Below are positions 11,558 through 21,225 of a DNA stretch of 64,000 nucleotides, in pieces. A program made the translations under genes and the position numbers. This stretch comes from a virus: IMG/VR virus record IMGVR_UViG_3300020165_002937; one strand, 5' to 3'. The notes under the pieces are model-generated. The model made no database searches and was not told the DNA's origin. It saw nothing but the letters and a program-made list of their open reading frames with translations. Every line of letters begins with the position of its first letter. The first letter of the stretch is position 1.

Positions 11558-11565
11558 ACTATTTA
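11558..11565 (+). promoter_or_regulatory. putative late promoter motif (ACTATTTA)
   Basis: Exact motif, intergenic, just upstream of SD AGGAGAGG and ATG 11583. Confidence 0.65.
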
Positions 11566-11582
11566 ATAGGAGAGGACAATTA

Positions 11583-12575
11583 ATGGCTTTTTTAGATAAT
11601 TCCGGTGACATCATTCTCGACGCCGTATTAACCGATTTAGGGCGCAGAAGAATGGCCCAAGGAAGATTCAGAATAACAAAATTCGCACTTGGTGATGACG
11701 AGATTGACTATGGGTTATACACCCTTAACACAGGCTCAGCTTACACTGATTTAGAAATCATGCAAACGCCCGTATTTGAAGCATTCACTCAAACGAACGC
11801 AAATATCAACTACGGACTTTTATCGTATACTCGGACGGACTTACTATATCTGCCAGAGCTGGAGATCAACAACAAAGTTAAAAACGCCGTGCACGCAACC
11901 GGGAGTGTCTACTATCTTGCAGCGAACAGCGAAACGACTTCCAAGCTTAGCACGACGTTTGGAGATACAAAGTATCGCATGGAATCGGGAGCAACGTCAG
12001 ACAACGCAATTATCGTTGAGTCTGGCTTGAACACAGTCGACTTGAAAGGCGACTCAACCAACAGAGCTACTTATATAATCAACACTAACCTTCTAGACCA
12101 GAATTATCAGATATATGCTGATAATCGTTTTGTCGGTGGCATCTCAAGCAACAATCCAAGTGGTTTTTTCAGAAACAACACCGCCGGCGCTTTAGAATCT
12201 AACTTGTTTCCGTTGAGAACCGGAACCAGCGTTAGTACCACAGCCGTGCTTGACAACTATAGCACCTTTAATGCCCGGGCCTTGGCGAACTTAATCTACT
12301 TTTACGATACAGCTACCTCTGACACCGCGCTTTCGGCCATTTCAGGCCCCCGCGGTACCGTAATCGCTTTGGGCCTAACAGTCACAGGGGAGTTGGCCGC
12401 TACATCTACTGGTACAAGAAGTACTAAATACAGCTTATTTGGCTCGACTGATCAGACTATTTTTGGTGGCTCGGACAAGTATGATTACATTGACACACAA
12501 GTGTATGTCATCGGCTCAGCAACTACAGCTCAGCTGCAAATACCAGTAAGAATCATAAGATACGCAGGATCATAA
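11583..12575 (+). CDS. virion structural protein, tail-collar/fibre-attachment-like N-terminus
   Basis: LTDLGRRRMAQGRFRITKFALGD resembles the N-terminal half of the tail-collar fibre (DUF3751-like) fold; strong SD. Confidence 0.55.
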   Translation: MAFLDNSGDIILDAVLTDLGRRRMAQGRFRITKFALGDDEIDYGLYTLNTGSAYTDLEIMQTPVFEAFTQTNANINYGLLSYTRTDLLYLPELEINNKVKNAVHATGSVYYLAANSETTSKLSTTFGDTKYRMESGATSDNAIIVESGLNTVDLKGDSTNRATYIINTNLLDQNYQIYADNRFVGGISSNNPSGFFRNNTAGALESNLFPLRTGTSVSTTAVLDNYSTFNARALANLIYFYDTATSDTALSAISGPRGTVIALGLTVTGELAATSTGTRSTKYSLFGSTDQTIFGGSDKYDYIDTQVYVIGSATTAQLQIPVRIIRYAGS

Positions 12576-12588
12576 TCGGAGTAAATAA

Positions 12589-13719
12589 ATGCCAGTAATT
12601 AACTATGAACCCTTAAACACAACTACAGATATCACAACTACCCGTACTGTTTTACATGAAGCTCTCCCTCTAACCGGAACAATTGTAAGCGGCACGTATG
12701 GGACATATAGAAGCGAACACAATATTAAAAACTATTCGCACGGTATGTTTCAGTCGGTATACGATTATCCTTACTTGAGTTCATCCGCTAACCACATTTT
12801 TGATATTACGGTTGGCTACGACGAATCGTCAGCTTTTTCTGCTTCAGCAGTTGCAGGCGGCTTAAACCCTGGAGTCCAAAACTCTAAAAAGATAAATATG
12901 TACAATCAATTTGCACAAGTTTTATTAGGTTATACAGGGAGTGCTAACACAGTAGAAATTTTTGAATCTGATTTAAATTTTGCTGATAACAACAACCAAA
13001 TGAAAGAAGTAGTGTTTGTTAACTTCTCAAGATTACTTGTAAAAGACCAAATCAAGAAAGGTTCATTTAGCATGATTCTTGGTACCGGTTCCTGGACGGA
13101 TCCTTTCGGGGTTGTCGGCGGAGGTGCTTTTACATCTTCGATGACACTATCCGATGTCTCGGCTTCGTCAGCCGAAACCGGAACTGGTAATTCCAACGGT
13201 GGAGACTATGGTGTACTTTTCCAGACTGCCGGCGGAGGTACCGCCCAAACCGGCTTAGGCACGGGATCTATCGCCAAGGGTGTTGTATTCTATCAAGCTG
13301 GTATTGTTGTATTAACCGCGTCTGTTTTCTCGAACAAAGATTCTGATTTCTTTATTGAATCGAATGGAACAAAAAGAGGAATCGGTAACGCATATGTCTC
13401 AGCCTCGATTAGTGGCAGTTGCAATGCGATAAGGCGCAGAATTAGAAATATTTCCTTCAACAACAACACAGAAATTAATTCAACAATTTACTTCTGTCGT
13501 GCGCCACACAACAAGTTTAATTATACGTCTAATCCGACATACGTGAGTGGCAGCAAGATTGTAGTTAAGAATGTCGCGGCCGATGAGCCCAAAACTTATA
13601 TAACGACTGTTGGCCTTTATAGTTCTGCTAACGAACTATTAGCGATTGCTAAGCTTTCTGAACCTCTGAAGAAAGATCCTTCGAATGAGATTACGCTGAG
13701 AGTCAGACTGGACTATTAA
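12589..13719 (+). CDS. virion structural protein, tail-collar/fibre-attachment-like C-terminus
   Basis: Ends YITTVGLYSSANELLAIAKLSEPLKK...RLDY, resembling the C-terminal half of the DUF3751-like fold; many S/T-G-S motifs. Confidence 0.55.
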   Translation: MPVINYEPLNTTTDITTTRTVLHEALPLTGTIVSGTYGTYRSEHNIKNYSHGMFQSVYDYPYLSSSANHIFDITVGYDESSAFSASAVAGGLNPGVQNSKKINMYNQFAQVLLGYTGSANTVEIFESDLNFADNNNQMKEVVFVNFSRLLVKDQIKKGSFSMILGTGSWTDPFGVVGGGAFTSSMTLSDVSASSAETGTGNSNGGDYGVLFQTAGGGTAQTGLGTGSIAKGVVFYQAGIVVLTASVFSNKDSDFFIESNGTKRGIGNAYVSASISGSCNAIRRRIRNISFNNNTEINSTIYFCRAPHNKFNYTSNPTYVSGSKIVVKNVAADEPKTYITTVGLYSSANELLAIAKLSEPLKKDPSNEITLRVRLDY

Positions 13720-13721
13720 AA

Positions 13722-15128
13722 ATGTCCTACAAGAAGTTCAAGAATAAAGACATAATAATAAACACGATGAGGACTCACCCCAAAAGTGAGTTCTTTATTT
13801 ATGACGCAAAAGTTTATTACAATAATACGCCAACGAGAGCAGGCCAGTTCAACCCAGAAACGATATTGTCCGTTGGTCGACATAACGAAAAGTACACTGG
13901 TTATATTAGCCTTTACGAATACAACATAGATCGTAATGGATCAAGCAACCCTTTTATGTTCCCATACATAAACAAGAACACATCAAGGACTAGCTTCAAG
14001 ACAGCTGGCGATGCCTCAGCGCCAAATGAATGGTCAGGCGCTGATGTCGGGGCGATACTTACGAGTAACTACCCCTTGTCGGCATCGATTACGAGAGAAT
14101 GGATGCCCGATCCGATTGCAAAAGTTGTCGGCCCCGGGTGTAAAAAAGTTGATGAAGCTTTAGACAGCTCTGAGTTAGAAGCCTGCGCCCCTAAACACCG
14201 TCACTTTTACTCTTTAAAAAACAAACTTGAATACAATTCGATAAGAAGCTACCATTACAAAGTTAGTTCGTCAGTTACACCAAGCGACCCTACTTCAAAT
14301 GGTTGTCGCGGCCGCGGCGCAGTAGGTAGCCTAGGCGCCCACGATTGTAATGGGTTTAATAAAGAGGGCCAAAAATTAAATTTAATATCCATTCCTTCAA
14401 TTTTTTATGGCAAGACCATAAAGCCCGGTTCAGTCTCACTCAAGTGGTATTATACTGGAAGTCTTCTGGGAGAACTTAGGGACACGAAAAGAAATGGTGA
14501 GCTAATACAGGTCTCGGGCGCATTTTCGTCCTCTCAAGGCGGCATGTTAGGTGGCAACCACATTGGCGCGGTTGCTGGAACCATACTCTATGATCAAGGG
14601 TTTGTGATGTTAACCGGTTCATGGAACCTGGCTGAATCTGATACGGTCGGTGTTTTACCAGCTGCCGCCAGAGATTATCCAAAATGGATTTACTGGGCCG
14701 CCGGCGCCAACGAAACGGGTGCTGCCGCAGATATAGTTAACAAGAGCACTGCTCATTCATCACTGTTTAACGCTGCCTTTTCTATGAATTTTGAAGGTTC
14801 TACTGATACCCAAGTCATGACTATGTTTGCCCGAACTGGCAAGGGAGAATCGAATTATTCGAACAACCCCACATATGCACAGTTTGGCCAAGAACTCACA
14901 AGAGTTACGTCTTCTTTCTTGTACGAAGAGAACCCAGAAAGAATGACCTTTAACACAGTTAGTTCAAGTTACGCGGCCCACTCAGCTTCTTTTGAACGCC
15001 AAGTTTATATATCTAAAGTTGCAATTTACGATGATTCTAAAAACTTAATTGGAATTGCCTCTTTGGCGACACCGGTTTTGAAAAAAGAAACACAAGACAT
15101 GACGTTTAAGATTAAATTAGATATTTAG
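13722..15128 (+). CDS. virion structural protein, paralogue of 12589..13719
   Basis: Shares NYSNNPTY...YISKVAIYD...LIGIASLATPVLKK...KLDI with the upstream gene. Confidence 0.55.
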   Translation: MSYKKFKNKDIIINTMRTHPKSEFFIYDAKVYYNNTPTRAGQFNPETILSVGRHNEKYTGYISLYEYNIDRNGSSNPFMFPYINKNTSRTSFKTAGDASAPNEWSGADVGAILTSNYPLSASITREWMPDPIAKVVGPGCKKVDEALDSSELEACAPKHRHFYSLKNKLEYNSIRSYHYKVSSSVTPSDPTSNGCRGRGAVGSLGAHDCNGFNKEGQKLNLISIPSIFYGKTIKPGSVSLKWYYTGSLLGELRDTKRNGELIQVSGAFSSSQGGMLGGNHIGAVAGTILYDQGFVMLTGSWNLAESDTVGVLPAAARDYPKWIYWAAGANETGAAADIVNKSTAHSSLFNAAFSMNFEGSTDTQVMTMFARTGKGESNYSNNPTYAQFGQELTRVTSSFLYEENPERMTFNTVSSSYAAHSASFERQVYISKVAIYDDSKNLIGIASLATPVLKKETQDMTFKIKLDI

Positions 15129-15132
15129 TATC

Positions 15133-15474
15133 ATGAATCCGATACTTATAAAGTCAAAATTTATCACTAAGATGGCTTCGTGGGTGATAAGTGTTTACGC
15201 AATTACCTTATTCCCGTTTATAGTTTCTTCTGAGGACTTAGATGAATTAACGATGAATCACGAATTAATTCACTTTGAGCAACAAAAAGAATTATATTTA
15301 GTTGGATTTTATTTTTTATACGTATACGATTACCTAAAAGGTGTGGTAAAATATAAAGACAAAGAAGAAGCTTATCGAAAAATCAGGTTCGAGCAGGAGG
15401 CTTACTCAAATGAAGATGATTTGGGATATATCCAAACAAGAGACAGAAACAACTGGAAAAAATATAGTGTGTAA
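15133..15474 (+). CDS. small HExxH (zincin-like) putative metalloprotein
   Basis: AITLFPFI...NHELIHFEQQ...FEQEAY: HExxH plus a downstream ExEA motif. Confidence 0.55.
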   Translation: MNPILIKSKFITKMASWVISVYAITLFPFIVSSEDLDELTMNHELIHFEQQKELYLVGFYFLYVYDYLKGVVKYKDKEEAYRKIRFEQEAYSNEDDLGYIQTRDRNNWKKYSV

Positions 15475-16049
15475 TGATCCTAGGAGTTGATGTATCTACA
15501 AGTATTACAGGATTTGCAGTGGTAGCGGATGGCCAGTTACTGCACTACAGTTCGATTGATCTTCGCAAACACAAGAATATCTTTAAGAAAGCTGAAGTAC
15601 TGAGCGAATATCTTTTAGACCTTTATGAGAATTACCAATTAGATCAGTCAGATAGTGACTTTCGTTTCGGGCACTCTGATTTTCCAATTAGTAAAATATA
15701 CATTGAACAACCGTTTACGTTTTTTAACTCAGGGGGTTCTTCAGCAAAAACTATGGCTACCCTTCAGAGGTTTAACGGGATAGTTTCTTGGATTATTTAT
15801 GAAATGTTCTCAATTGAGCCACAATACGTTCTAGCAACCCAGGCACGGAAACACTGCGGAATAAAGATTCCACGCGGCCAGAAGGCGAAAGAAGTGGTTT
15901 TAAAGCACCTTTTAGATACTGAGAGTGCATTCAAAGTAGAATACACCAAGTTTGGCAACCCGAAGCCAGAATCTTACGATCGAGCCGACGCAATAATTGT
16001 TGCAAAAGCTGGTGATATAATAGAAAAACAATTTGACATGCAAGAATGA
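15474..16049 (+). CDS. RuvC-like Holliday junction resolvase
   Basis: ILGVDVSTSITG (catalytic Asp), IYIEQP and YDRADA motifs of the RuvC/RNase H fold. Confidence 0.85.
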   Translation: MILGVDVSTSITGFAVVADGQLLHYSSIDLRKHKNIFKKAEVLSEYLLDLYENYQLDQSDSDFRFGHSDFPISKIYIEQPFTFFNSGGSSAKTMATLQRFNGIVSWIIYEMFSIEPQYVLATQARKHCGIKIPRGQKAKEVVLKHLLDTESAFKVEYTKFGNPKPESYDRADAIIVAKAGDIIEKQFDMQE

Positions 16050-16061
16050 GCATGTTATAGT
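16033..16061 (+). promoter_or_regulatory. sigma70-type promoter
   Basis: TTGACA (16033-38), 17 bp, TATAGT (16056-61), with an extended -10 TG; upstream of the FKBP gene. Confidence 0.8.
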
Positions 16062-16106
16062 ACTGTTGTTAATCAACAACATCTTTCATAATTAACAGGA
16101 GAAATA

Positions 16107-16676
16107 ATGAGAGTAGAAACTGGCACCAATGTAAAGGTGCATTATAAAGGTACTTTAGAGGATGGTACCGAATTTGACAATTCTCGCACGCGTGGACACA
16201 CTTTAGATTTTGAGGTTGGTTCACCGCGCATCATTAGAGGTTTTACCGACGCGCTTTTTGGTATGACTGAGGGTGATAGCAAAACTATCACTCTACAGCC
16301 AGAGGAAGCATATGGGCCGGTCGACCCGGAGGGCGTACGCCCAGTTCCAAAGGATGCATTCGGCGAAGACTTTGTTTTTGAAGCCGGCTTAATGGTACAA
16401 GGAAATGGCCCGCGCGGCCCGTTTGTTGCCAAGATTGATTCAGTTGAAGAGGATATTGTAAACTTAGATTTCAATCACCCCTTAGCTGGCCAGGTCTTGA
16501 ATTTCGAAATTGAGCTAGTTTCAATCGAAGGGGCCACAACCGATGCAGCACCGGTGAATGCCAATTGGAGTGCTTCAATGAAGAAGGCAGAGTTACTTAA
16601 GCTAGCAAAAGAGCAGGGCCTCCCAGTAAACACAAAGTCTACTAAAGCCCAAATTATAGACGCACTTAGTGTTTAA
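16107..16676 (+). CDS. FKBP-type peptidyl-prolyl cis-trans isomerase (SlyD/SlpA-like) with C-terminal helical (Rho_N/HeH-like) domain
   Basis: VKVHYKGTLEDGTEFDNS, PEEAYG and DFNHPLAGQVLNFEIEL motifs; C-terminal MKKAELLKLAKEQGL...TKAQIIDAL. Confidence 0.9.
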   Translation: MRVETGTNVKVHYKGTLEDGTEFDNSRTRGHTLDFEVGSPRIIRGFTDALFGMTEGDSKTITLQPEEAYGPVDPEGVRPVPKDAFGEDFVFEAGLMVQGNGPRGPFVAKIDSVEEDIVNLDFNHPLAGQVLNFEIELVSIEGATTDAAPVNANWSASMKKAELLKLAKEQGLPVNTKSTKAQIIDALSV

Positions 16677-16687
16677 TTAAAACTAAC

Positions 16688-16731
16688 AGTCAACAATTAA
16701 CGATCGCTTAAATGATCGTTTTTTGTTGACT
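16688..16731 (+). terminator. long inverted repeat / probable intrinsic terminator after the PPIase gene
   Basis: AGTCAACAA-TT-AACGATC-(GCTTAAAT)-GATCGTT-TT-TTGTTGACT; the inner stem is followed by a T run. Confidence 0.55.
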
Positions 16732-16754
16732 TTGTGGTTTTGATCTATTATACT
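16726..16754 (+). promoter_or_regulatory. sigma70-type promoter
   Basis: TTGACT (16726-31), 17 bp, TATACT (16749-54); upstream of the primase GTG start. Confidence 0.75.
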
Positions 16755-16768
16755 ATCACTGAGGTCTT

Positions 16769-17710
16769 GTGAACAAGAAAGAAGCGATAAAGATTTTAAA
16801 TGAAGTTATTGGGGACTACCGGCAAACAGGCAAAAGTGAACTTTATTTCAGGTGCCCTGCGTGCAATCACAGAAAGTATAAGCTCGCTGTTAACTTGGAT
16901 AAAAATGCTTTTCATTGTTGGATTTGTGATTATCGCAGTCGCAATATTAGGCGCCTTGTTAGACGTTTTGGTTCGTATTCACAATTACAAAAATGGGACG
17001 GAACTTCAGACCGGGCTGATCTTGAGAGATTTGCTGATCTCTTTATGGAGCCAGTCCGTAGAGAAGACAAGACGAAACTTGAACTCCCGGAAGAATTCAT
17101 AAGCCTGACTAACAAAGATATTCCGGCCACCGGAATATATGCCCATAGATATCTTTCAGGCAGGAGAATTTCCAAAGAAGATATACTTAAATGGAAAATT
17201 GGGTACTGTTTCAGTGGCGAATATAGGAACAGGATCATTATACCGTCTTTTGATGATGACGGAGATTGTAACTACTTTGTAGCCCGCACGTATAACGGTG
17301 ACACATATAAATACAAGAACCCAAAAGCCTCAAAAGATATTATATTTAATGAACTATTTATTGATTGGAACACTGATTTGGTTCTAGTAGAGGGGATATT
17401 TGATGCACTGGTCGCCGGAAATTCCGTTCCTATACTGGGCTCAACCTTGCGCCCGGGCTCCAAATTACTGCGGAAAATCGTACGAAACGATACACCCGTC
17501 TACATCGCACTTGACCCTGACGCCGCAACGAAAGAACGCAGGATTATTCAGATGCTTCTTAAATACGATATTGAGCTTTATAAAATAGATGTTGAAGGCT
17601 ATGAAGATGTCGGAACAATGCCAAGAAATATCTTTCAACAAAGAAAAGAACAAGCTATTTATATCGACAGAGACGACTATATTTTAAGGGATATGATAGA
17701 ATCAATATGA
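16769..17710 (+). CDS. DNA primase (DnaG-like, Zn finger + TOPRIM)
   Basis: CPAC...HCWIC zinc-binding domain; RIIIP, VEGIFDAL and LDPDA TOPRIM motifs; SD GAGG before GTG. Confidence 0.88.
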   Translation: MNKKEAIKILNEVIGDYRQTGKSELYFRCPACNHRKYKLAVNLDKNAFHCWICDYRSRNIRRLVRRFGSYSQLQKWDGTSDRADLERFADLFMEPVRREDKTKLELPEEFISLTNKDIPATGIYAHRYLSGRRISKEDILKWKIGYCFSGEYRNRIIIPSFDDDGDCNYFVARTYNGDTYKYKNPKASKDIIFNELFIDWNTDLVLVEGIFDALVAGNSVPILGSTLRPGSKLLRKIVRNDTPVYIALDPDAATKERRIIQMLLKYDIELYKIDVEGYEDVGTMPRNIFQQRKEQAIYIDRDDYILRDMIESI

Positions 17711-17991
17711 GCCAGAAATACACCATCCAGGGAATAGATTTTGAAGAGTACAACTTACGCCTGTTATACCGGATTATGATGGTCGATCAGCAATTTATTT
17801 CAGATGTATCTGACGTCGATAACCAACCACCAGATTTTAGAAGCACTCTGAGTTATTTAACTGATATTCAATTTTTAAAAAAAACAACGCAAGATGAACA
17901 GCCAAGTACGATAACTTGGTCTGCGACTGACACAATGAAAGATTTTTGGTCTGAGTCACAAAGCGAAATCGAAGTTATATTGGGACTTTAA
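17707..17991 (+). CDS. hypothetical protein
   Basis: 94-aa ORF with ATGA overlap on the primase stop. Confidence 0.55.
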   Translation: MSQKYTIQGIDFEEYNLRLLYRIMMVDQQFISDVSDVDNQPPDFRSTLSYLTDIQFLKKTTQDEQPSTITWSATDTMKDFWSESQSEIEVILGL

Positions 17992-18000
17992 AGTTTCCTC

Positions 18001-18029
18001 TTGACAGCACCGCTCATACTTGATATAAT
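18001..18029 (+). promoter_or_regulatory. consensus sigma70 promoter
   Basis: Perfect TTGACA (18001-06), 17 bp, TATAAT (18024-29); SD GGAGG before GTG 18056. Confidence 0.9.
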
Positions 18030-18055
18030 ATAATATAACACACACCGGAGGACAC

Positions 18056-21000
18056 GTGAGGTTTGCACACATAAGTGATACTCATATTAAAAATTTAAAG
18101 TATCATTACGAATATAAGGTCATTTTTGAACAATTATATGATACGTTACGAGAGAAAGAGGTGGATTATATAATCCACTGCGGAGATATAGCACATACCA
18201 AAACACAGATCTCTCCAGAGTTCGTGGAGATGTGCTCTGATTTCTTTCGCAACTTAGCTGAAATCGCACCCACATATATTATTTTGGGCAACCACGACGG
18301 CAATTTAAAAAACAGCAGCCGTCAAGACGCTCTCACTCCTATCGCTGAAGCACTAAACCTACCAGATTTGCACATGCTCAAGGACTCTGGTGAAACACAT
18401 ATCGATGATAAGTTTTGCCTTAACGTACTTTCTGTGTTCGATCGCGACAATTGGATCAAGCCAGTAGACACAAGTAAAATTAATATTGCCTTGTATCACG
18501 GTTCTATTTCCAATTGCAAGACTGATATGAACTGGACCATGACGAATGGAGAAGACAGTCTATCTATTTTTGATGATTTCGACTTTGCGATGCTTGGTGA
18601 CATCCACCGACGCCAGTTCCTGGACGAGCACGGCCGTGTATGGTACGCAGGCTCAACAGTTCAGCAGAATCACGGAGAAACAAACGATAAAGGAATTTTA
18701 ATATGGGACATCGAAGACAAAGATGAATGGGAAATTGATCCGATTGTATTTGAAAATCCAAAGCCTTTTATTACGATTGAGCTTACACAGAAAGGAAGAA
18801 TGCCAAAGAATATTTCTATTCCGACTGGTGCTCGTCTTCGTCTCGTTAGCAATAACAATTTGCCGTTAGACACCATGAAGCGCGCTGTCGATATAGCAAA
18901 GCACCGGTTTGTACCTGAGAGTATTTCGTTTTTAAATCGTGCTGCAGGCCAAAGGGGCTCTGTCGAGGCACTGACCGAAGGGTTGAAAGTAGATAATTTA
19001 AGAGACATAGGCATTCAAGAAGAGTTGATTGATGAGTATCTTGTAGGATATGAAATACAACATGAAACCTTAGAAAAGGTCTATGATTTAAATAAGAAAT
19101 ATAACAAACTTGTCGAGAATGACGAAGACATTTCAAGAAATGTCAATTGGAAATTGAAGAATTTTGAGTTTGATAACTTATTTAACTATGGAGAAAAGAA
19201 CAATGTTAACTTTGGTGAACTTGGGGGGATTGTCGGGATCTTTGGTAAAAACTTTTCTGGGAAGAGTAGCATTGTTGACGGCGTGTTGTGGACTCTTTTT
19301 AATTCAACCTCAAAAAATGAACGCAAGAATCTCAATGTTATTAACCAGAACCAAGGGTACGCCCGCGGCAAAGTAGAAATTCAGATTGGTGAAAGAGTTT
19401 TTACAGTTGAAAGAAGGGCAGACAAGTATATCAAGAGGCTGAAGGGTGAAGAGACCCTGGAAGCAAAGACCGATTTAAATTTTGAAGTATATGATATGGT
19501 TTCGGATGAAATAATTTCTCTGAATGGCCTGACCCGGATGCAAACTGACGCCAATATTCGTAAGCAGTTTGGCTCGATTGAAGACTTTTCGGTATCCTCT
19601 CTGTCCTCACAACATGGGGCTCTGTCGTTTATCGATGAAGGCTCAACCCGTAGAAAAGAAATAATTGCCAAATTCTTAGACCTTGAATTGTTCGAAAAGA
19701 AATTTAAATTAGCCAAAGAAGATTCGGTGGATCTCAAGGGCGCCCTCAAGAGGCTAGAAGAAAAAAACTATGACGATGACCTAGTAACAGCTACAGAGAA
19801 TCTATCTGACGTCCGCTCAAACATGCGCGCCAAAAAGCGCACATGCGATAAACTAAAAAGTAATTTAGCGTCTCTTGAGATGGACTGTATCGAAACAGAA
19901 GCAAAGATCGATTCAATCCCGGCTGAAATTATTGACATCTCTAAGATTAATAAAAACATTAGGACTCAAGAGAACCAGATCACATCCTTAAATCTGAAGA
20001 TATTTGAAGATGAAGAGACGTTAAAGACAAAGCAAGGTTTGTATAAAAAAATAGTTGATTTTCTGGATGGCTTTGAGCTTGATGAATTTGAGTTGGCAAG
20101 TCAGAGAATCGCTGATAAAAGAAGGTTCTTGAAGACAAACGAAGCTGAACTAAACAAATTGTTAGACAAGCACAATGAAATAATTAAAAAAGAAAAGCTG
20201 TTGGAAGATCATGAATATGATCCAAATTGTAACTATTGTTGTGAAAATGAGTTCGTCAAAGAAGCGCATTCTGCAGTCGCCCTAAAGAGCGCAGTTGAAT
20301 CAGACCAGAGGATTGCCCTGGAAATGATAAGCTTAATTTCACAGGAAATAAATGAACTTAACCCTGAAGAAGTGGAAACACAATTAAGCAAATATTATAA
20401 AGTAGAAAAGAATAAACATGCTGTCTCCTCTGCGATTGCCGACTTGAACTTGGAGGTTGAAAGAAACAAGAACATGATTCACGTTACAACTACAGAGTTA
20501 GCCGAGTTGGTAGCAAAACGAAACGAATATGAAGAAAACAAAGAAGCAATAGAAAACTTAGAATCTCTGATAGCTCAGCTGAACAAGTTTAATGTTGAAA
20601 TTAAACAAACCAAGAATAAAATTAATTCATGTGAGCAATCGGTACTAGAGTTTGTTAAGTTGGTAGGTTCATACGAACAAAAAATTGAGGGGGTTAATGA
20701 ACAAAAGCAAGAATATAGAGATCTCCAGAGAGAATATGCTGCCTACGATCTATATATGCGAGCTATGCATCCGAACGGAATTGCTTATGATATTATCAAA
20801 AAGAAAATACCGGTTATTAATCAAGAAATAGCGAAGGTATTGGCTAATGTTGTAGATTTTGAAGTTTTCTTTGAAGCTACTGGAAATAAATTTGATATTT
20901 TTATTAAGCATCCTCGGTACGATGAGAGGCCAATAGAAATGGCTTCGGGTGCAGAAAAATCATTAGCAGCTATTGCTATCCGTCTAGCACTTTTAGGTGT

Positions 21001-21214
21001 CTCATCTCTGCCAACCAGCGATATTTTCATACTTGACGAACCTGGCACTGCGCTAGACGAAGATAATATGTCGGGTTTTATTCAGATTTTGGAACTAATT
21101 AAGGTATATTTCAAGAACGTTTTGTTGATCTCTCACCTTGATTCACTCAAAGATTGTGTTGATATGCAAATCGTAATCGAAAAGAAAGACGGATACGCAA
21201 GAGTAAATCAATAG
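18056..21214 (+). CDS. fused SbcD/Mre11 nuclease - SbcC/Rad50 ATPase (T4 gp47-gp46-like)
   Basis: Phosphoesterase motifs SDTH, GDIAH, GNHD and GDIH; Walker A GKNFSGKS; coiled coil with CNYC hook; signature ASGAE; Walker B ILDEP; ISH. Confidence 0.92.
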   Translation: MRFAHISDTHIKNLKYHYEYKVIFEQLYDTLREKEVDYIIHCGDIAHTKTQISPEFVEMCSDFFRNLAEIAPTYIILGNHDGNLKNSSRQDALTPIAEALNLPDLHMLKDSGETHIDDKFCLNVLSVFDRDNWIKPVDTSKINIALYHGSISNCKTDMNWTMTNGEDSLSIFDDFDFAMLGDIHRRQFLDEHGRVWYAGSTVQQNHGETNDKGILIWDIEDKDEWEIDPIVFENPKPFITIELTQKGRMPKNISIPTGARLRLVSNNNLPLDTMKRAVDIAKHRFVPESISFLNRAAGQRGSVEALTEGLKVDNLRDIGIQEELIDEYLVGYEIQHETLEKVYDLNKKYNKLVENDEDISRNVNWKLKNFEFDNLFNYGEKNNVNFGELGGIVGIFGKNFSGKSSIVDGVLWTLFNSTSKNERKNLNVINQNQGYARGKVEIQIGERVFTVERRADKYIKRLKGEETLEAKTDLNFEVYDMVSDEIISLNGLTRMQTDANIRKQFGSIEDFSVSSLSSQHGALSFIDEGSTRRKEIIAKFLDLELFEKKFKLAKEDSVDLKGALKRLEEKNYDDDLVTATENLSDVRSNMRAKKRTCDKLKSNLASLEMDCIETEAKIDSIPAEIIDISKINKNIRTQENQITSLNLKIFEDEETLKTKQGLYKKIVDFLDGFELDEFELASQRIADKRRFLKTNEAELNKLLDKHNEIIKKEKLLEDHEYDPNCNYCCENEFVKEAHSAVALKSAVESDQRIALEMISLISQEINELNPEEVETQLSKYYKVEKNKHAVSSAIADLNLEVERNKNMIHVTTTELAELVAKRNEYEENKEAIENLESLIAQLNKFNVEIKQTKNKINSCEQSVLEFVKLVGSYEQKIEGVNEQKQEYRDLQREYAAYDLYMRAMHPNGIAYDIIKKKIPVINQEIAKVLANVVDFEVFFEATGNKFDIFIKHPRYDERPIEMASGAEKSLAAIAIRLALLGVSSLPTSDIFILDEPGTALDEDNMSGFIQILELIKVYFKNVLLISHLDSLKDCVDMQIVIEKKDGYARVNQ

Positions 21215-21225
21215 GAGAAGCTGCT

